Virus record (IMG/VR): IMGVR_UViG_3300049573_000219
Location: 123,034 to 187,033 of that record
Length of the DNA stretch: 64,000 bases
From: a virus
Taxonomy: Duplodnaviria; Caudoviricetes
Direction: 5' to 3' (one strand)
A program made the position numbers and the translations under genes. Positions 10,647 through 19,932 of this stretch are shown piece by piece; positions within the stretch are counted from its first letter, which is position 1, and the number at the start of each line of letters is the position of its first letter. Below the pieces are notes generated by a model, which saw nothing but the letters and a program-made list of their open reading frames with translations, was not told the DNA's origin and made no database searches.

Positions 10647-12932
10647 TCAGGTCCGTGCGATCGGTACGTACCGCACCCTTCCGCGTTCCATCGTCTTGTG
10701 AATCAGGCCAGCCTTCGCGAGAACGTGCAGGTCCGATTCGATGTCCCTCTCCTGGATCTTAGAGCGGAACCGCGAGTAGATGTCCTGCTCCGTGACGCCC
10801 TCCTTGCGCGCCTGGATCGCGGTGAGGATTTCGTTCTGCCTGGCCGCCCATTCCGAGTGGAGGATCTTGCCCGCCACGCGCGCCGTCGAGCGGTACCACT
10901 CCTCGGTCAGGGCCATCGCCTTGAGAAGGTGCGGCATCCGCACGATCTTCTCCCGCTCGGACATCGCGATGAGGACGGCGGTCTTCATCATCGAGTCGCC
11001 CATGCGGGATGTCGTGGGCAGCAGCACCTCGGACAGTTCATGGTTGTCGGCCGCGTTGTACAGCTCCCACTTGGCCTTCTGGAGGCGCCGCCAGGTCGGG
11101 TCGTCGAAGGGGATCATCACCGTGTCGCCGGGCGTGGTCTCCTCCATCCAGAAGGCGCGCACCGCGAACATGTCGTTGAGCAGCCCCTGGCGGAGGACGT
11201 CGTCGGCCGGGGTCTGGCCGTCGAACTGCTCGGTGAACATCGCCTCTTCCGTCATCGGGGGCGGATCGGCCTCCGCGATGAGGAAGCGGGCGAGGTGGCC
11301 GGACTGGTAGTCGCCGATCGTCAGGTGTTCCGTGACCTGCTGGAGCGTGCCGCACAGGAACATCAGGAAGTTCGTGCGGATGACCGAGAGGTCGCGGTCC
11401 TCGTGTTCCTTGAGGTTGCCGACACGCAGGGCGATGCGAACGCGGCCGGTGAACAGCTCGGTCATGTGCTCGCGCACGCCTGCCAGGTAGCGCTTCGCCG
11501 CCTGCTCGTACAGCAGGCCGTGGGCCTCGTCGCGGTAGAAGACGGACGAGCGCCCGTTGCGGTCGGGCAGGATGACGCTCAGGGCCTCCGAGGTCACGTC
11601 GGATCCGAGCAGGTAGGGGAAGCTGTCGTTGGACAGCTCGTCGAGGAAGTCGACCCACATCATCATCGCGGTGGTCTTCCTGGCCCGAGTGGTGGGACCG
11701 AGGATGAAGAACCACAGGGTGAGGTTGGTGTCGAACTTCGTCGGGCACTTTCCGAACTCGCCCAGGACGGTCGAGAGGATGGTCGCCGCTCCGGCCCGGT
11801 GGTAGCACGACGGCGCGTCGGTGCGCGTCTCCGCCCACGCCTGGTAGCGGTCGATGAAGGTGTCGTGCGGCACCAGATCGCGCTCTTCGGGACGCAGGAT
11901 CGAGACGGATTCGGCGAACGCGGTGAGCTTGTTCTCCGGGTTCTCTTCGCTCTCGTCGGCCTCCTTGCGGTAGCCGATGTCGGAGAAGCTGTTCCTCTTG
12001 GGCTGGTTCTCCGGGTGGTCGTACGCCTTGCAGAGCTGCTGCCACAGCTCCTCTTCGGGGCGACCGTCGATCTTGTACTTGTTGCACTTCGCCGACCACG
12101 CGATGTGCATGGCCGTGATCCGCGAGACGTTCAGCCGGGAGAGCAGACTGAGCAGCTTCCAGAGCGTCTTCGAGCGGTCCTGGTCCGGCTTCAGATCGGC
12201 CGCGTAGAGGTCGTGGACCTCCGGGCTGGACCGGAAGACCTCGGCCGATTCCCGGATGGACTGCGCCGAGAAGTACCACTCGTTCTTCGGCGGCATGTCA
12301 CTCGCGACGCTCGGCCGGTCCTGCGTGCTGTACGGCGGATACTGACTGATCAGCGACTTGAGGGTGTACGTCGCACCCATCTTCGGCTGAGGGATCTGCC
12401 AGCGTGGGCGCCCGTGCCGGGCGTACTTGTTGTTCGCCGTGCCCGGCACCCGCAGGAGCTGGCCCGCGTCCCAGCCGCTCGGGTCGCACCCCTCGCGGGC
12501 GTGCTCGGCGGCGATGGTCCGGGAGATGTCGATGAGCTGTTCCGGGTCGTCGGTCTCGGTGACCCAGTACAGGTGGTTCCGGCCCTCCGAGGTCTCGACG
12601 ACCATCGTCGGCTGGAGCTTCAGCCGGTCGAGCGGAAGGTGCTCCGCGTCGGCGTATGCCGCCCACTGGTGCGAGATGTTGCTGCCCTTGCGGCTGCCCC
12701 GGGTGCGGAATAGGGCGGGCACCGTGTAGACGTCCTTCTCGCTATTGGCAAGACAGAAGGCGATCAGGTCGTCACGCTGCGAGGGCCACGCGAAGAAGTG
12801 GGTCTGGGTCGGCCCCGTCTTGTCATCCGGGTCGTAGATGCCACCCGGGAACAGCGAGATCGCGACGAATCCCAGATCCTTTCCGTCGTCGTTGACCTTC
12901 GGAAAGAGGGTGTCGAAGAAGACGAAGCTCAC
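10647..12932 (-). CDS. DNA primase (RepB-type AEP) fused to DUF3987-like NTPase/helicase domain
   Basis: N-terminal VETSEGRNHLYW and LLRVPGTAN primase motifs; C-terminal LGPTTRARKTT, RDE and SGHLARFL motifs; terminal winged helix. Confidence 0.85.
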   Translation of the reverse strand: MSFVFFDTLFPKVNDDGKDLGFVAISLFPGGIYDPDDKTGPTQTHFFAWPSQRDDLIAFCLANSEKDVYTVPALFRTRGSRKGSNISHQWAAYADAEHLPLDRLKLQPTMVVETSEGRNHLYWVTETDDPEQLIDISRTIAAEHAREGCDPSGWDAGQLLRVPGTANNKYARHGRPRWQIPQPKMGATYTLKSLISQYPPYSTQDRPSVASDMPPKNEWYFSAQSIRESAEVFRSSPEVHDLYAADLKPDQDRSKTLWKLLSLLSRLNVSRITAMHIAWSAKCNKYKIDGRPEEELWQQLCKAYDHPENQPKRNSFSDIGYRKEADESEENPENKLTAFAESVSILRPEERDLVPHDTFIDRYQAWAETRTDAPSCYHRAGAATILSTVLGEFGKCPTKFDTNLTLWFFILGPTTRARKTTAMMMWVDFLDELSNDSFPYLLGSDVTSEALSVILPDRNGRSSVFYRDEAHGLLYEQAAKRYLAGVREHMTELFTGRVRIALRVGNLKEHEDRDLSVIRTNFLMFLCGTLQQVTEHLTIGDYQSGHLARFLIAEADPPPMTEEAMFTEQFDGQTPADDVLRQGLLNDMFAVRAFWMEETTPGDTVMIPFDDPTWRRLQKAKWELYNAADNHELSEVLLPTTSRMGDSMMKTAVLIAMSEREKIVRMPHLLKAMALTEEWYRSTARVAGKILHSEWAARQNEILTAIQARKEGVTEQDIYSRFRSKIQERDIESDLHVLAKAGLIHKTMERGRVRYVPIART

Positions 12933-13053
12933 CTACGTCTCTCCTTTTCTCGTGCGACTTTCCGGAACGCGAACGGGCGGGACCCCGGAAGGCCCCGCCC
13001 GTCAGAAACCGGGCGGATAGTCGATCGTATCCGTCCAGCTCACCTCTCCGCGA

Positions 13054-14304
13054 TCAGAGGTTCTTGGCGCCCGCGAACTCGTCGAGGCCGCTGCCCCCGC
13101 CGTCGCCCTCCGCCGGGACCTCGGTCCACTGGGTACCGAGCCAGACGGCGGTGATCTTCTTGCCGGTGCGGTCACCCGCACCCGAGCCGAGCAGGATGTC
13201 GACCGGGACGCCCGGCGTCTTGTTCAGCGTGATGGCGCCGACCGTGCCCCAGGTGATCTCGCCCTTGACCACCGAGCCGTCGCGCAGCTCGACCTCGACC
13301 TGCCGCTCCGGGACCGGCATGAACTTGGTCTTCAGGTAGTCGGTGGTCTGGGCGTACTCCTCCATCAGGGGCGCGGAGTTCTCACCCTTGTCGGCGATGG
13401 CGTACATCTTGCCCTCGACGTGCACCAGCAGCTTCGGGTTGCCCTCGTAGACGGCGCCGGAGCCGTCGTTGTACAGGTAGGTCTGGGTGTCGTCGCCCTC
13501 CTGCTTCTCGGTGGCGAAGACGGTGACCGGGGCGCCGGTCTCCGGGTCGAACAGGACCGAGATCGGCTGGTTGTTGGCGTCCAGGCGCGGACGGGTCTTC
13601 GTCTTGGTGGACAGCGTGATCTGCGCCATCACGATCTTGTCCTCCATGCGCTTGGCGATGCCCGGCATGGTCTTGAGGTTGACCTTCTCGCCCGGCTGGG
13701 TCGCCTGGGTGGCCTTGCGGAGCGAGGTGCCGTCCTCGTTCTTGAAGCCCTTCCGGCCGGAGCGCTGCTCCTTGAAGAAGGCCGTCTTGATCGTGAGGGC
13801 CGGGACCTCGATCTCGTACGGGTAGCGGCGCTGGCCGAACTCGGGCGCGACGTGGTTCGCCTCGCAGATGAAGTACGGCAGCTCGTACTCGCCGACGACC
13901 TCGGTGGCGCCCGCCTGGATCTGCGCCTCGACCTGCTCGAAGGGCACGTAGACCCGCTTCTTGCCGGTGGCCTCGTCGACCTTCACGGCGACGCAGACCT
14001 TCGAGGACAGGCGCGGGGTGTGCTTCTCCTTGAACTCGGCGACGCCGATGCGGATCGGGACCCACATCTTGTCCTTGAGGCCGACGTCCAGCGGGTTGAC
14101 GTAGGTGTCGCCCGCCTCGTAGACGCGGACGCCCTCCTCGGTCTCGTCCTCCTCCAGCTCCAGGTCGGCGTCGGCGAAGAGGTCGTCCAGCTCGGCGTCG
14201 AGGTCCAGGTCGCCCAGGATGTCGTCGCCGGACGTCGTCGCGTCGGTGACGTCGGCCGCGCCCTCGGGCTGGTTGAACGGGTCGAACTCGGTGTTGTCGC
14301 TCAT
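13054..14304 (-). CDS. Hypothetical acidic protein, possible ssDNA-binding protein
   Basis: 416 aa, acidic termini, strongly GC3-biased codons, between recombinase and primase genes. Confidence 0.6.
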   Translation of the reverse strand: MSDNTEFDPFNQPEGAADVTDATTSGDDILGDLDLDAELDDLFADADLELEEDETEEGVRVYEAGDTYVNPLDVGLKDKMWVPIRIGVAEFKEKHTPRLSSKVCVAVKVDEATGKKRVYVPFEQVEAQIQAGATEVVGEYELPYFICEANHVAPEFGQRRYPYEIEVPALTIKTAFFKEQRSGRKGFKNEDGTSLRKATQATQPGEKVNLKTMPGIAKRMEDKIVMAQITLSTKTKTRPRLDANNQPISVLFDPETGAPVTVFATEKQEGDDTQTYLYNDGSGAVYEGNPKLLVHVEGKMYAIADKGENSAPLMEEYAQTTDYLKTKFMPVPERQVEVELRDGSVVKGEITWGTVGAITLNKTPGVPVDILLGSGAGDRTGKKITAVWLGTQWTEVPAEGDGGGSGLDEFAGAKNL

Positions 14305-14338
14305 GTGTTCTTGTCCTTGTCCTTGTGGTCCGCGTGTC

Positions 14339-15502
14339 TCAGTCGCGGAGGGAGTTGACGATGGATTCCAGGTGGAGGCTCAGCGGAACCTGGGCATCTC
14401 CGTCGCCCTGGCCCACCGCCTCGTCCCCCTTACCCGCCTCCTGCGCCGCCTTCTGCACGGCGTAGATGCGGGAGATCTTGTCGTCGGGCGACAGCTTGTC
14501 GTCTCCGGCGGTCCGCGCGGCCCAGTCGGCGAGCTGCTGCGGGGAACCCTGCTCGGCCGCCTTGCGCGCGGCGTCCAGCATGGCCTTCTGCTTCTTGCTG
14601 CCGCCCTTGGTGACGTCGATGACCTCACCCTGGATCGGCCGTTCGTTCTCGTCCACCTCGGCGCCCAGCTCCTCCGGCGGGTACAGTGCGGAGGCCATGG
14701 CGAGCTGGTCGTTGTCGTCCTCGGAGAGGGTCAGGCCCATCTCGGTGAGGATGTTCTTCACGCCGAGGATCACGTCGATCGCACCGTCGCGGACGACACC
14801 CGACTTGCAGCGGTTCTTCAGCATCTCGGGCCCGAACTTCTGCCAGACGCCCTTGTTGCCGAGACCGATCTGCTGCGCCCTGGTCATCGTCCACGTGGAC
14901 TCGAACCGCACCAGCTTGCTGAGGTCGAAGTCCGTCGTGCTGATCGACTTGCGCAGTTCGTCGAAGTCGTACTGGCCGTGCAGCTCGGCAAGCTGCTTGC
15001 GCAGTCCGGCGATCTCCTCCGCAGACGGCTCTTCGCCGAAGGCGTCGAGGGCGCGGAGGTCTTCGATGCGCTCAAGGAGCTGGCCCCGCTGCATCTTGTA
15101 CAGGCGGTCCATGTCCTCAAGGCGGGCGGTCTTCAGGCGCCGCTCCTGCTCGCGCATCATCTCGAAGCGCTGGAGCTGTTCGGCCGACGTCTTGCGGACC
15201 AGGACGGCGGTCGCCTTCATCGCGTTGCCCTCGACGTGGACGGTGTGACCGGCCGCGATGGCGAGAGCCTGCATGAGGTGGGCGGACATACCGGCCTTGA
15301 GTCGGCCGTCGCCGTCCTTGAAGACGAAGATGTGCTGGAAGGAGGACATCGGGTCGATGCCCAGCGCGGCGCCGAAGCGCATCATGTACTCGACGGAGGC
15401 CGCATCACCTGCGATGTGCTCCGGCATCAGCTTCGACTTCGAGAGCCGTGCTGCTTCGGCGGGATCCACCTCGCCGGTCGTGCGACGGACAAGCTCAGTC
15501 AT
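14339..15502 (-). CDS. RecT-like ssDNA annealing protein with coiled-coil insertion
   Basis: GAALGIDPM...MSAHLMQAL and WTMTRAQQIGL...WQKFGPEMLKNRC...DVILG segments; start moved to the ATG with GAGG RBS. Confidence 0.75.
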   Translation of the reverse strand: MTELVRRTTGEVDPAEAARLSKSKLMPEHIAGDAASVEYMMRFGAALGIDPMSSFQHIFVFKDGDGRLKAGMSAHLMQALAIAAGHTVHVEGNAMKATAVLVRKTSAEQLQRFEMMREQERRLKTARLEDMDRLYKMQRGQLLERIEDLRALDAFGEEPSAEEIAGLRKQLAELHGQYDFDELRKSISTTDFDLSKLVRFESTWTMTRAQQIGLGNKGVWQKFGPEMLKNRCKSGVVRDGAIDVILGVKNILTEMGLTLSEDDNDQLAMASALYPPEELGAEVDENERPIQGEVIDVTKGGSKKQKAMLDAARKAAEQGSPQQLADWAARTAGDDKLSPDDKISRIYAVQKAAQEAGKGDEAVGQGDGDAQVPLSLHLESIVNSLRD

Positions 15503-15586
15503 GCGTGCCTCGGTTTCCGTGCTTGTTCTCGTGTCGTTTTTAGTGCCGTGTGGTGTCGTGTTCTTGTGTCTCCACTCTACCACTAT

Positions 15587-16429
15587 TTAGCCGCGCAGCC
15601 TAGGCCGAATCGAGCACGGGAAGCACTCGGGGTGCGCCGCAAGCTCGTTGATGCGCCCGGCCTTCACCAGGGATGCCAGGTGGGCCGCCCTGTTGATCAC
15701 TCCCTGGGCCACATCCTGCCGGTAGGCACAGGAGGCAACCCAGATGTCGCTCACGTTGTTCGAGTCCCGGGGGATGAACGCGAGGACAGCGTAGTCCGCC
15801 TCTCGCCCCATCGCCCGCAGTCCGTACAGGTACAGCATCGTCTGGCCCATGTACTCCGACGGCACACCGCCCGAGTGCTCCTCGGAGCGCGACATCAGCA
15901 TGACCATGCGGCCCAGGTCGGCCTCGGCCAGCAGGCCCGCGCGGTCCATGGCCTTCAGCTTGGTCAGCTCTTCGCGCTCCGGGGCGGTGAGCCCCTGGAC
16001 GTAGGCGCCCAGTCCGGCCTGCGACTGGTAGCCCTTGAGCTTCTTCATGTCGGTCGTCTTGTAGTCGACCAGGGTCTTCTTGCGCGAGAGGAACAGGTCG
16101 ACGTGGCCCTGCACCAGCCCGATGCCGGGGATGTGAGCGATGTCGACCGTGATCTCTCGCTCGGCGTGAGCGTAGACGCCCGGCAGATCCTTCTCCAGCT
16201 TCTCGTGCACGGCTGTTCCCAGCCACGCCTTGAGGCTGAACCCCCGCTCGGTGTGGGTGCCCATGCCCAGCGAGGAGGCAATCTTCCTTGCGACGCAGAG
16301 ATCACACTTGTCGGCCAGGTCGCTCGGCCCGGGTGTCTGCTGCTTGTCGCGCGCCGACGGCCTCGTGATGGTGGCCACCACGATTCCTTCGACAAAAGCG
16401 CGAATATTTTCCTGGTCTTCTGCTGTCAT
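15587..16429 (-). CDS. Cas4/RecB-like PD-(D/E)XK exonuclease
   Basis: GPSDL..C, GTAVH, GHVD, DYKT, Q..LY and C-terminal CFPC motifs; adjacent to the RecT-like gene. Confidence 0.85.
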   Translation of the reverse strand: MTAEDQENIRAFVEGIVVATITRPSARDKQQTPGPSDLADKCDLCVARKIASSLGMGTHTERGFSLKAWLGTAVHEKLEKDLPGVYAHAEREITVDIAHIPGIGLVQGHVDLFLSRKKTLVDYKTTDMKKLKGYQSQAGLGAYVQGLTAPEREELTKLKAMDRAGLLAEADLGRMVMLMSRSEEHSGGVPSEYMGQTMLYLYGLRAMGREADYAVLAFIPRDSNNVSDIWVASCAYRQDVAQGVINRAAHLASLVKAGRINELAAHPECFPCSIRPRLRG

Positions 16430-16438
16430 GTCGCAACC

Positions 16439-17146
16439 CTACACCGGGGCACTGACACTGGCGGCGAGGTCGCGGGCGCCCTTCAGCAGGTCGTCCCACT
16501 CGCCGTGTATCCGCGCCTCCTTGTAGAGCTTCAGCCGGGCCAGGGACTGCGGCGACCCCGCGTACCTGCTGAGCCTGACCGGCTTCTCGTGCCACAGGTG
16601 GTAGAGGGGTGCGACGCCCCGCCAGGGGGCGCCGTAGAGGCCGTTCAGTGCCATGGCCCACGCCTCGTCCTCCTGCCCCCACCCGACGAAGCCGGGGTCG
16701 AGCGGGCAGTTCAGGTAGACCTCGCGCCGCAGCACTGTGATGCCGCCGCCCTCGTAGCCCTTGTAGGGGCTCTGGTCGAGCCACCGCATCTGGCCGGTGA
16801 GTGCACCCGGGTTGACCCCCTCGAAGATCTTCTGTGAGGCCGCCTGCCCCATCCGGTAGACCTTCAGGTGGGGCATGGCCCAGGGTGCCCCCTGCTGCAC
16901 GGCGCGCACCGCGCCTTTGATGCCGGGCGTCACGCAGTCGGCATCCGCAATGATCACGATCGGCTCCTCGCAGGAAGCCAGCGCGGCGGCCACGGCCTTC
17001 GCCTTGCACCACGGATCGGAGTGTTCTCCGATTTCCACCCTGACGCTTTCCAGCTCCTTCTCGTACCACTTCTTCACGTGGTCCAGGGCCTTCTTGCGCC
17101 AGGCGGTTTCGTTCCCGTAGGGGATCAGGACGGCGATGTCGTTCAT
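16439..17146 (-). CDS. GT-A glycosyltransferase (GT2/GT7-like)
   Basis: VLIPY start, DAD motif, FVGWGQED, YHLWH. Confidence 0.8.
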   Translation of the reverse strand: MNDIAVLIPYGNETAWRKKALDHVKKWYEKELESVRVEIGEHSDPWCKAKAVAAALASCEEPIVIIADADCVTPGIKGAVRAVQQGAPWAMPHLKVYRMGQAASQKIFEGVNPGALTGQMRWLDQSPYKGYEGGGITVLRREVYLNCPLDPGFVGWGQEDEAWAMALNGLYGAPWRGVAPLYHLWHEKPVRLSRYAGSPQSLARLKLYKEARIHGEWDDLLKGARDLAASVSAPV

Positions 17147-17163
17147 GGCCGTATCCTGACACG

Positions 17164-17203
17164 GAAACGGGCCGCCGCTCAGGGGACGGCAGCGGCCCGT
17201 TTC
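17164..17203. terminator. GC-rich hairpin, probable intrinsic terminator
   Basis: GAAACGGGCCGC...GCGGCCCGTTTC inverted repeat just after a stop codon. Confidence 0.6.
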
Positions 17204-17214
17204 GCGCGCTCGGC

Positions 17215-17919
17215 TCAGCCGTCGAAGCTGAAGTCCTCGCTGTCGTCGCCGGACGGCCGGGAGGCCAGGTACTTGGCACGGTCCTCGTCGGTGGCCTTGC
17301 GCACCGTGAGGGTCGGACCGTTGTCCTTCAGGCAGGCCGCCAGCTTCTCGGGCTCGTGCTCGAAGAGCTTGCGCGCCATCGTGGCGTCGGGCTTCGGCAG
17401 GAGGATCCGCTTGTAGTCCTCGGCCGACAGGTTCCGCTTGGCGGTCGGCGCGTCGAACTTCGAGCCGGAGGTGTACACCAGGGCCACGTCGCCCTGGATG
17501 TCGATGCCGAGGTTGCCGCCACGGCGGTGCTTGGCGACCGCCTTGGCCCGGTCGACGAGGTCGGCCGCGTCCTTCTTGATGCGCTCCTGCTCCAGGATGA
17601 AGGCCGCGAGCGCGTCGTCGCTCAGGGTGTCGATGTCGTCGGGGTGCATGCTGCTCCAGTCCGTCTTCGGCGCCTTCACGGCGTGGGGGTGGCCCTCCGG
17701 CAGGGCCGCCAGCGGCACGTAGCCGGAGGTGTGGGGCTGGCCGTCGTGGGCCAGGTAGTCCTCGTGGAAGGCGGCGGCCCGGACGGAGCGGCTGCGGCCG
17801 GTGCTGTCGCCGTTGACGGTGGCGATCGAGGCCCGGCGGGTGTCCTTCGACAGGACGGTCACAACCGTGTTGGTCCGGACGTTGAGGTACAGGTTCTTCG
17901 CGTCGGTGATGCTCGGCAC
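17215..17919 (-). CDS. Hypothetical protein
   Basis: 234 aa, strong codon bias, acidic DFSFDG tail. Confidence 0.75.
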   Translation of the reverse strand: MPSITDAKNLYLNVRTNTVVTVLSKDTRRASIATVNGDSTGRSRSVRAAAFHEDYLAHDGQPHTSGYVPLAALPEGHPHAVKAPKTDWSSMHPDDIDTLSDDALAAFILEQERIKKDAADLVDRAKAVAKHRRGGNLGIDIQGDVALVYTSGSKFDAPTAKRNLSAEDYKRILLPKPDATMARKLFEHEPEKLAACLKDNGPTLTVRKATDEDRAKYLASRPSGDDSEDFSFDG

Positions 17920-18021
17920 GTTTCTTTCCCCTTCCGAAGCCCCGCCTCCGGGGCTTGTGAGTACTACTCTACCAGGAATCTGCGAGGTTTTCGCAAGTCC
18001 CTGCTCTGGAGAATCGAAGAT

Positions 18022-18519
18022 CTACGAAGAAGTGCCTTCTTCGGGATCGACGATTTCGAGGTTGAGCTTCCAGCCCAGGATCCTCATCGCCGCCTGGATC
18101 GTGCCGACCGGATGGTCAGCGATGTGCCGGGCAAGCGAGTCGGCCGCCGGGTTGTCGGGCTCCTCCTCGTTCAGTTCGAACTTACGCCACGCCTCTGACA
18201 TCGCCCGCTGGGCGCCGTACCGCTCGGACTTCTCCAGCCCGTCGGCGTAGTGCATGTACGCGGCGTTCAGGGCCGCCGTCAGGCGCCTCCGGGCCTCGCC
18301 CTCGGTCATGTCACCCGGGAGCCCGGGGAAGGCGGCGTCGTACGCCGCGTCGAGCGCCCCGGGAACGGCCGTAGCCTTCATGCCGACCGGCACGACGGCG
18401 GCCAGCGGGCGCCCGTCGCGGGTCAGGTAGAAGATCTCCCCGTTCTCGTGCGCCCGCTCCGCCAGCTCTTCGGTCCGGTCGCAGCATCCGCGCACCGGAA
18501 CGTCCTGCTCACGCTTCAC
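18022..18519 (-). CDS. Protein with Phd/YefM antitoxin-like N-terminus
   Basis: EIFYLTRDGRPLAAVVP matches the Phd/YefM signature. Confidence 0.55.
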   Translation of the reverse strand: MKREQDVPVRGCCDRTEELAERAHENGEIFYLTRDGRPLAAVVPVGMKATAVPGALDAAYDAAFPGLPGDMTEGEARRRLTAALNAAYMHYADGLEKSERYGAQRAMSEAWRKFELNEEEPDNPAADSLARHIADHPVGTIQAAMRILGWKLNLEIVDPEEGTSS

Positions 18520-19075
18520 TCTTCTTCTCCTTCAGGCTGTCGGCCCACGCGGCGAGCGTGGCGAAGTCGTGTTCGAGCAGCCCCAGGCGGGGGCTGACGT
18601 GGTGCAGGAGGGCGTCGCCGTGGTGGTACGTGGCGACGTACTCCGGGTCGCGGTCGGCGATCTCGTCGTCCACCCACGCGAACGGGCGCCCGGCCGCGTA
18701 CTCCACGAGCAGCGGGGTCTTCCAGTAGACGCCGTTGGTCCGTTCGGGGCGGCCGGGGTCCTCGTTCTTGGCCCAGAAGTTCACGTACTCCAGCTCGGGA
18801 AGGCCGAGTTCAGGTCCGATCAGCCGGTTCGCCTCGGGTCCCCAGGTGGTGGCCCACACCAGCGTGAAGCGGTCTGCCAGGGTCAGGAGGTCGGGGCCGT
18901 GGGAGGGCTTCAGCCAGACCCTCAGCGGCTTGCGGTAGGTGGTGGTCCACTTGATGCCGTGCTGGTCGACAGGGTCCATCCGGTAGGTGCTGTAACCCTC
19001 GGGGCGGCGGTGCGGCTTCTCCGCGTAGGGGTTCAGCGGACCGTCCACGTCGAGCAACAACAGGGGCTTGCCCAT
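18509..19075 (-). CDS. HAD-family phosphatase (Swiss-Army-knife RNA-repair type)
   Basis: LLLDVDGPL, VWATTW, WKT and FAWVDD motifs. Confidence 0.8.
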   Translation of the reverse strand: MGKPLLLLDVDGPLNPYAEKPHRRPEGYSTYRMDPVDQHGIKWTTTYRKPLRVWLKPSHGPDLLTLADRFTLVWATTWGPEANRLIGPELGLPELEYVNFWAKNEDPGRPERTNGVYWKTPLLVEYAAGRPFAWVDDEIADRDPEYVATYHHGDALLHHVSPRLGLLEHDFATLAAWADSLKEKKSEA

Positions 19076-19135
19076 CTCTTCTTCCTCTCCTCATCCGGGA
19101 GGGGCCCCGCCGAAGCGGGGCCCCGGATGCTGCGG

Positions 19136-19528
19136 TCAGGCGGTTCCGTGGGTCCATCCGGAGTTGCAGGTGATGATGTCCTCGGGACCACCCTCACCGA
19201 TGCAGGGCCGGTAGTAGACCGACGTTCCCTCGGGGATCGCCGTGCCGTATCCGTAGCTCAGCGTGGTTCCGGCCCCCTGCTTGTTCCAGAGGTAGTTCGC
19301 CACGATCGAGCACGACGACGGGGCGCACACCTGCGCGACCGCCGAGTGCCCGTCGGCCTTGGAATCCTGCACGTAGATCCGGTCGCCGTCGTGCTTGAAC
19401 CACACGCAGGCGCCCTGGATGCACAGGGTCGGCCCGTCGGCCGCCGCGTAGGCGGTACCGGCGTTGAGTCCGATCACCATGCCCAGTGCGGCGACGCCCG
19501 TTCCCAGCGTCGTGAGCAGCTTCCTCAC
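19136..19528 (-). CDS. Secreted Cys-containing protein
   Basis: Sec signal VRKLLTTLGTGVAALG...AYA after AGGAG RBS; WFKHDGD..DSKADGHSA motif typical of small Streptomyces secreted proteins. Confidence 0.7.
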   Translation of the reverse strand: MRKLLTTLGTGVAALGMVIGLNAGTAYAAADGPTLCIQGACVWFKHDGDRIYVQDSKADGHSAVAQVCAPSSCSIVANYLWNKQGAGTTLSYGYGTAIPEGTSVYYRPCIGEGGPEDIITCNSGWTHGTA

Positions 19529-19590
19529 TGTGTTTCTCCTTGCTCGACATGACGTCACCCCTGCCGGGATGCAGTGGGCGTCACGCCGTC

Positions 19591-19932
19591 TCACGGGACC
19601 TCGATGCCGAGAGCCCGGTACACCTCCTCCATCGGGGGAGCCACCTTCAGCTCGGGCCACTCCAGGCGCTCACCACTCTCGTGCTCGAACGGCGGCGCGT
19701 TCTCCAGGTCGAGCCTTGCCATGAAGGTCATGCCCTCCAGGGAGGACACGCCGCTGGTTCCGGCCGCCTCCAGGAAGGGCTCGGCGTGGGTGAGCGCGGC
19801 CCTGCGGTACGACCAGCCGCCGACGACCACCCAGACCTTCCTCGGATCGTCGTCGCAGCAGTCCATCGGGCCGTGGTCCTCCTCGGCCTTCAGGACGTAC
19901 AGGGGCGACGGGAGGAAGCGGTGCCCGGACAT
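19591..19932 (-). CDS. Hypothetical protein
   Basis: 113 aa, coupled to the upstream gene. Confidence 0.6.
   Translation of the reverse strand: MSGHRFLPSPLYVLKAEEDHGPMDCCDDDPRKVWVVVGGWSYRRAALTHAEPFLEAAGTSGVSSLEGMTFMARLDLENAPPFEHESGERLEWPELKVAPPMEEVYRALGIEVP

Noticed and set aside
15587-16429. CRISPR-associated Cas4
   Set aside because: Solo Cas4-like nuclease paired with a RecT-like gene; no cas1/cas2 or array.
14219-16837. Long + strand ORFs antisense to real genes (also 7581-9143, 10419-12713, 50155-52077, 61612-63915)
   Set aside because: Shadow ORFs produced by high GC3 codon bias; the opposite strand carries recognisable protein motifs.
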